In this document: positions 60,758 to 64,000 of the stretch, piece by piece
How positions within the stretch are numbered: the first letter of the stretch is position 1
Layout of the letters: every line of letters begins with the position of its first letter
From: Octopus bimaculoides
Lineage: Eukaryota
Length of the DNA: 64,000 nucleotides
Direction of reading: 5' to 3'
Assembly (NCBI RefSeq): GCF_001194135.2
Contig: NC_068987.1
Coordinates: 74,177,109-74,241,108, forward strand
The notes under the pieces: generated by a model
Seen by the model: the letters and a program-made list of their open reading frames with translations, nothing else
What the model was told of the DNA's origin: nothing
Database searches by the model: none
Translations under genes and position numbers: made by a program

Positions 60758-62560
60758 AAGGCAGTGAGCTGGCAGAAACGTTAGCACGGCGGGCGAAGTG
60801 CTTCGCGGTATAACGGCTCCGTGAATTATTGTGAATACTGTTGTGTTACGTTGCGAAAACTTTCTCGGTAAATAATTGTGATTTTTGTGGAATTATTACG
60901 GTTGCATTCCACGTGAGCTGCTGCATTTTCCCCAGCTATGGCAAGTGGTAGTGTTTCCAGTATGGAGAGCTACGCCAAAACCACTGCGGTGAAGAAGCCA
61001 GTGCCGCTAGAAACCAAGTTGGATATGGAGGAGGTGACCAGAAGCAGGAATTTGATAGAAGTTGAGGGAGACTCATACAAATTGTGTCCCCCAAAAGAGA
61101 CTAAAGAAAATAAAATTCTGAGGACAGTAGTGTATCGTACACAGGCTGTCGAAACCGGTAAAATTGAAATGGTGACGGAAGAGGAAATCAAGGAGTGCCT
61201 GGGTGAAATTGTCAATGAAGCCACGTACATCAACAGAGGAAGAAAGTTCGGTGCGGTTGAGGTGAGGTTTGCCACTATAGAAGAGGCAACTAAGCATGCA
61301 ACCAACATATTAAGAAGCTATAGAGGAAGAAGTGTGAAAATACGAATTCCCAGAGTTACACCAGATATTAAACCAGAGTGGTTGGTTGCAACAGTGCTGG
61401 CTGCAACCAANNNNNNNNNNNNNNNNNNNNNNNNNNNNNNNNNNNNNNNNNNNNNNNNNNNNNNNNNNNNNNNNNNNNNNNNNNNNNNNNNNNNNNNNNN
61501 NNNNNNNNNNNNNNNNNNNNNNNNNNNNNNNNNNNNNNNNNNNNNNNNNNNNNNNNNNNNNNNNNNNNNNNNNNNNNNNNNNNNNNNNNNNNNNNNNNNN
61601 NNNNNNNNNNNNNNNNNNNNNNNNNNNNNNNNNNNNNNNNNNNNNNNNNNNNNNNNNNNNNNNNNNNNNNNNNNNNNNNNNNNNNNNNNNNNNNNNNNNN
61701 NNNNNNNNNNNNNNNNNNNNNNNNNNNNNNNNNNNNNNNNNNNNNNNNNNNNNNNNNNNNNNNNNNNNNNNNNNNNNNNNNNNNNNNNNNNNNNNNNNNN
61801 NNNNNNNNNNNNNNNNNNNNNNNNNNNNNNNNNNNNNNNNNNNNNNNNNNNNNNNNNNNNNNNNNNNNNNNNNNNNNNNNNNNNNNNNNNNNNNNNNNNN
61901 NNNNNNNNNNNNNNNNNNNNNNNNNNNNNNNNNNNNNNNNNNNNNNNNNNNNNNNNNNNNNNNNNNNNNNNNNNNNNNNNNNNNNNNNNNNNNNNNNNNN
62001 NNNNNNNNNNNNNNNNNNNNNNNNNNNNNNNNNNNNNNNNNNNNNNNNNNNNNNNNNNNNNNNNNNNNNNNNNNNNNNNNNNNNNNNNNNNNNNNNNNNN
62101 NNNNNNNNNNNNNNNNNNNNNNNNNNNNNNNNNNNNNNNNNNNNNNNNNNNNNNNNNNNNNNNNNNNNNNNNNNNNNNNNNNNNNNNNNNNNNNNNNNNN
62201 NNNNNNNNNNNNNNNNNNCGGGGATCGAGTGGACATTGCGCCTCATATTTTTCATTTTTGCATATTATCATTTTATTTTAATTACCCCGATTTTATGTTT
62301 GCGTTTTGTATTGTCTTTATGTTTTGTGATGTCTTAAAAATTCTTGGTATATCCCTTTATGGGTAATAAAGAAATCGATATTTCGTCTGCCTTTACGTTC
62401 TGAGTTCAAGTTCCGCCGAGGTCGACTTTGCCTTTCATCCTTTCGGGATCGATAAATTAAGTACTAGTTACGCACTGAGGTCGATGTAATCGACTTAATC
62501 CCTTTGTCTGTCCTTGTTTGTCCCCTCTATGTTTAGCTCCTTGTGAGCAATAAAGAAATA
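60758..62560 (+). mobile_element. SINE family C split by copy D (head 60758-60811, remainder 62381-62560)
   Basis: 16-bp TSD agaaag(a/t)gaggtaagg at 60746-60761 and 62561-62576. Confidence 0.88.
60812..62375 (+). mobile_element. ORF1-bearing non-LTR retroposon, copy D (ORF from 60938, open to the gap at 61411)
   Basis: MASGSVSSMESYAKT...RTVVYRT...RGRKFGAVEVRF...WLVA; no LTRs; 3' end gggtaataaagaaat. Confidence 0.75.
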
Positions 62561-63963
62561 AGAAAGTGAGGTAAGGGTGACTCGTCCCCGAAAACTTCCA
62601 AAAAGAAGAGGAAAAAGACTCCAAAAATAGCAGAGCTAGAAAGCGACACATCACAGCAAAGCAGCACAGAGACTCCCAGTATGCAGGAAAAGAAGGAAGA
62701 GCAGACCACGGATTGGAAGGAAGAATATGTGCTACAAAAGACAAACCAAATGAAGTGATTGAGAGTACTATAGATAGAATGAAAAACGTAATAAAAGTAA
62801 CGTTATGTGGATGTATCCTAGGAGACGTAAAAAAATATAATGGAGATACCATTCGGATTACACCAGAGAGGGTGAAGTATAAATATCTTCCTCCAGTGGT
62901 AAGATATGAAGATATAGACTTGGCTATGATAACATGGGTTACAGAGTGATAATTAATAGAATTGTAAAAAACAGTAAACGCGATTGGTGGGGCCCAAGCA
63001 AGGACGTCCATCCTCATTTTGTACATTTGTCATTTTTTTTCATTCATCGTTATATGTTTATGTCTCCACTTGTACTGTCTTGTCTCTCCTTGTATTGTCC
63101 CCATCTGTGTTTGGGTCATGAGTGCCAAATAAAGAATCAAGAGTTGAGAGACAGTTCCAGAGAAGATAAACAAATACAGTATTCTTGGTCCCTGCTCGAC
63201 CTGTGTTAAAAGGAATCTCTTCGTCCACAATGCACTTCTCCAAGCGTGTACCATAGACACAATTTCCTCACCTCTCACCACATAAATAATACCAGAGGCA
63301 CAAGTAGGTTGCACAGATAAAAAGTCAATAATAGACAAGTTTCTTGTTTTTCAACCCGAGGCAAAAAGAAACGTCGACTATGAAGAACAAAGCATTCTCC
63401 CGACTCTCATACGAAGCATTTCATTCCTGTTAATAATGTAACTACGAACTACTTTCTAATTCTGGTACATTACTCAATTTGCAAGCAATTATGTAACTAC
63501 GTAGATATTGCGAGATACTTCTGTAAAAATAAACGTTAATTAGCCAACGTTCGGAGTTGGTTTTAACCAATTAATTAAGACCCATCTAGCCAGCCCGACA
63601 AGATTTAAACATTACTATCCTATATCATCATTTTCTGGATTATAAAGAAGTAGTGGAAAAAAAACAACTATTGCATTAAAACTATTTTACGAACTATTCA
63701 AAACTTGGCAAACGTACCTGGTATTCAGTTGCAATTTTTAAAATCTTTATTGCTTTTACTTTACTCAACAACAAATTAATTTCATTAAAAATAAATGCCT
63801 TTCGTTATTAGGTATCTTCTAGAGTTCAATGTCTAAATATAACTTTTTTTTTAACAGAAAATAAGCAGTCCAAATGCAGAGTAGATGCACAAAAGTATGT
63901 GTAACCTTTTCTATTCGGAAAGTTTCTAGAAATTTTGTAACATTAAAAGAGACTGATTACATA

Positions 63964-64000
<37 letters not shown>

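Larger units (their letters stand above)
60185..63137 (+). mobile_element. ORF1-only retroposon, copy C (5'-truncated, interrupted by SINE C plus copy D)
   Basis: TFYTRGKK...RIARVRVGRIPPE...CYGCGQNVHMKKRC...RKRGK | GDSSPK...LPPVVRYED*; T-rich 3' UTR ending aataaagaat. Confidence 0.7.

Noticed and set aside
1608-62366. Long ORF-track entries full of X (e.g. 1608..2444, 16613..17652, 24380..25516, 41611..42515, 61310..62366)
   Set aside because: Artefacts of translating through N-gaps.
58281-62375. LTR retrotransposon gag genes or an intact host gene family
   Set aside because: No LTRs, PBS or pol region is visible. Copies A-C have frameshifts or stops, and copy D has a LINE-like 3' tail.
63140-63420. 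Possible LINE RT fragment (IIPEAQVGC...SIID) as ORF2 of the ORF1 cluster
   Set aside because: Similarity is weak and judged by eye only. It lies beyond the aataaagaat end of copy C and lacks an endonuclease region, so at most it is an unrelated fossil.

Overview
AT-rich, repeat-dense eukaryotic draft scaffold with nine N-gaps. The SINE/LINE repertoire resembles that of octopods (inference). Positions ~1-47.5 kb carry the 5' third of an axonemal inner-arm dynein heavy chain gene on the minus strand, best matching DNAH3. I located 23 coding exons with GT-AG boundaries (~1190 codons, tail/stem, linker and approach to AAA1), and their phases agree at all junctions but one. That one junction needs an extra internal exon, probably in the gap 16731-17411. 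The start-codon exon is unresolved and the gene continues beyond position 1. Introns hold two tRNA-head SINE families, RTE, CR1-like, R4/Dong and Penelope-like retroelement remnants, Tc1/mariner copies, and hAT, piggyBac and Mutator MITEs. At ~51.5 kb the sequence switches from CpG-depleted to CpG-rich and shows promoter motifs (CCAAT, CRE, perfect NRF1 palindrome). The most unusual items are: (1) a cluster of four diverged zinc-knuckle ORF1-like copies at 58.2-63.1 kb that appear to form a short ORF1-only (HAL1-like) non-LTR retroposon family, with nested insertions and a 3' tail shared with a SINE; (2) six minimal type-I hammerhead-ribozyme-like motifs, from near-intact to decayed, several tied to Penelope-like termini. 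All calls come from reading the sequence and recalled family knowledge; no searches were run.
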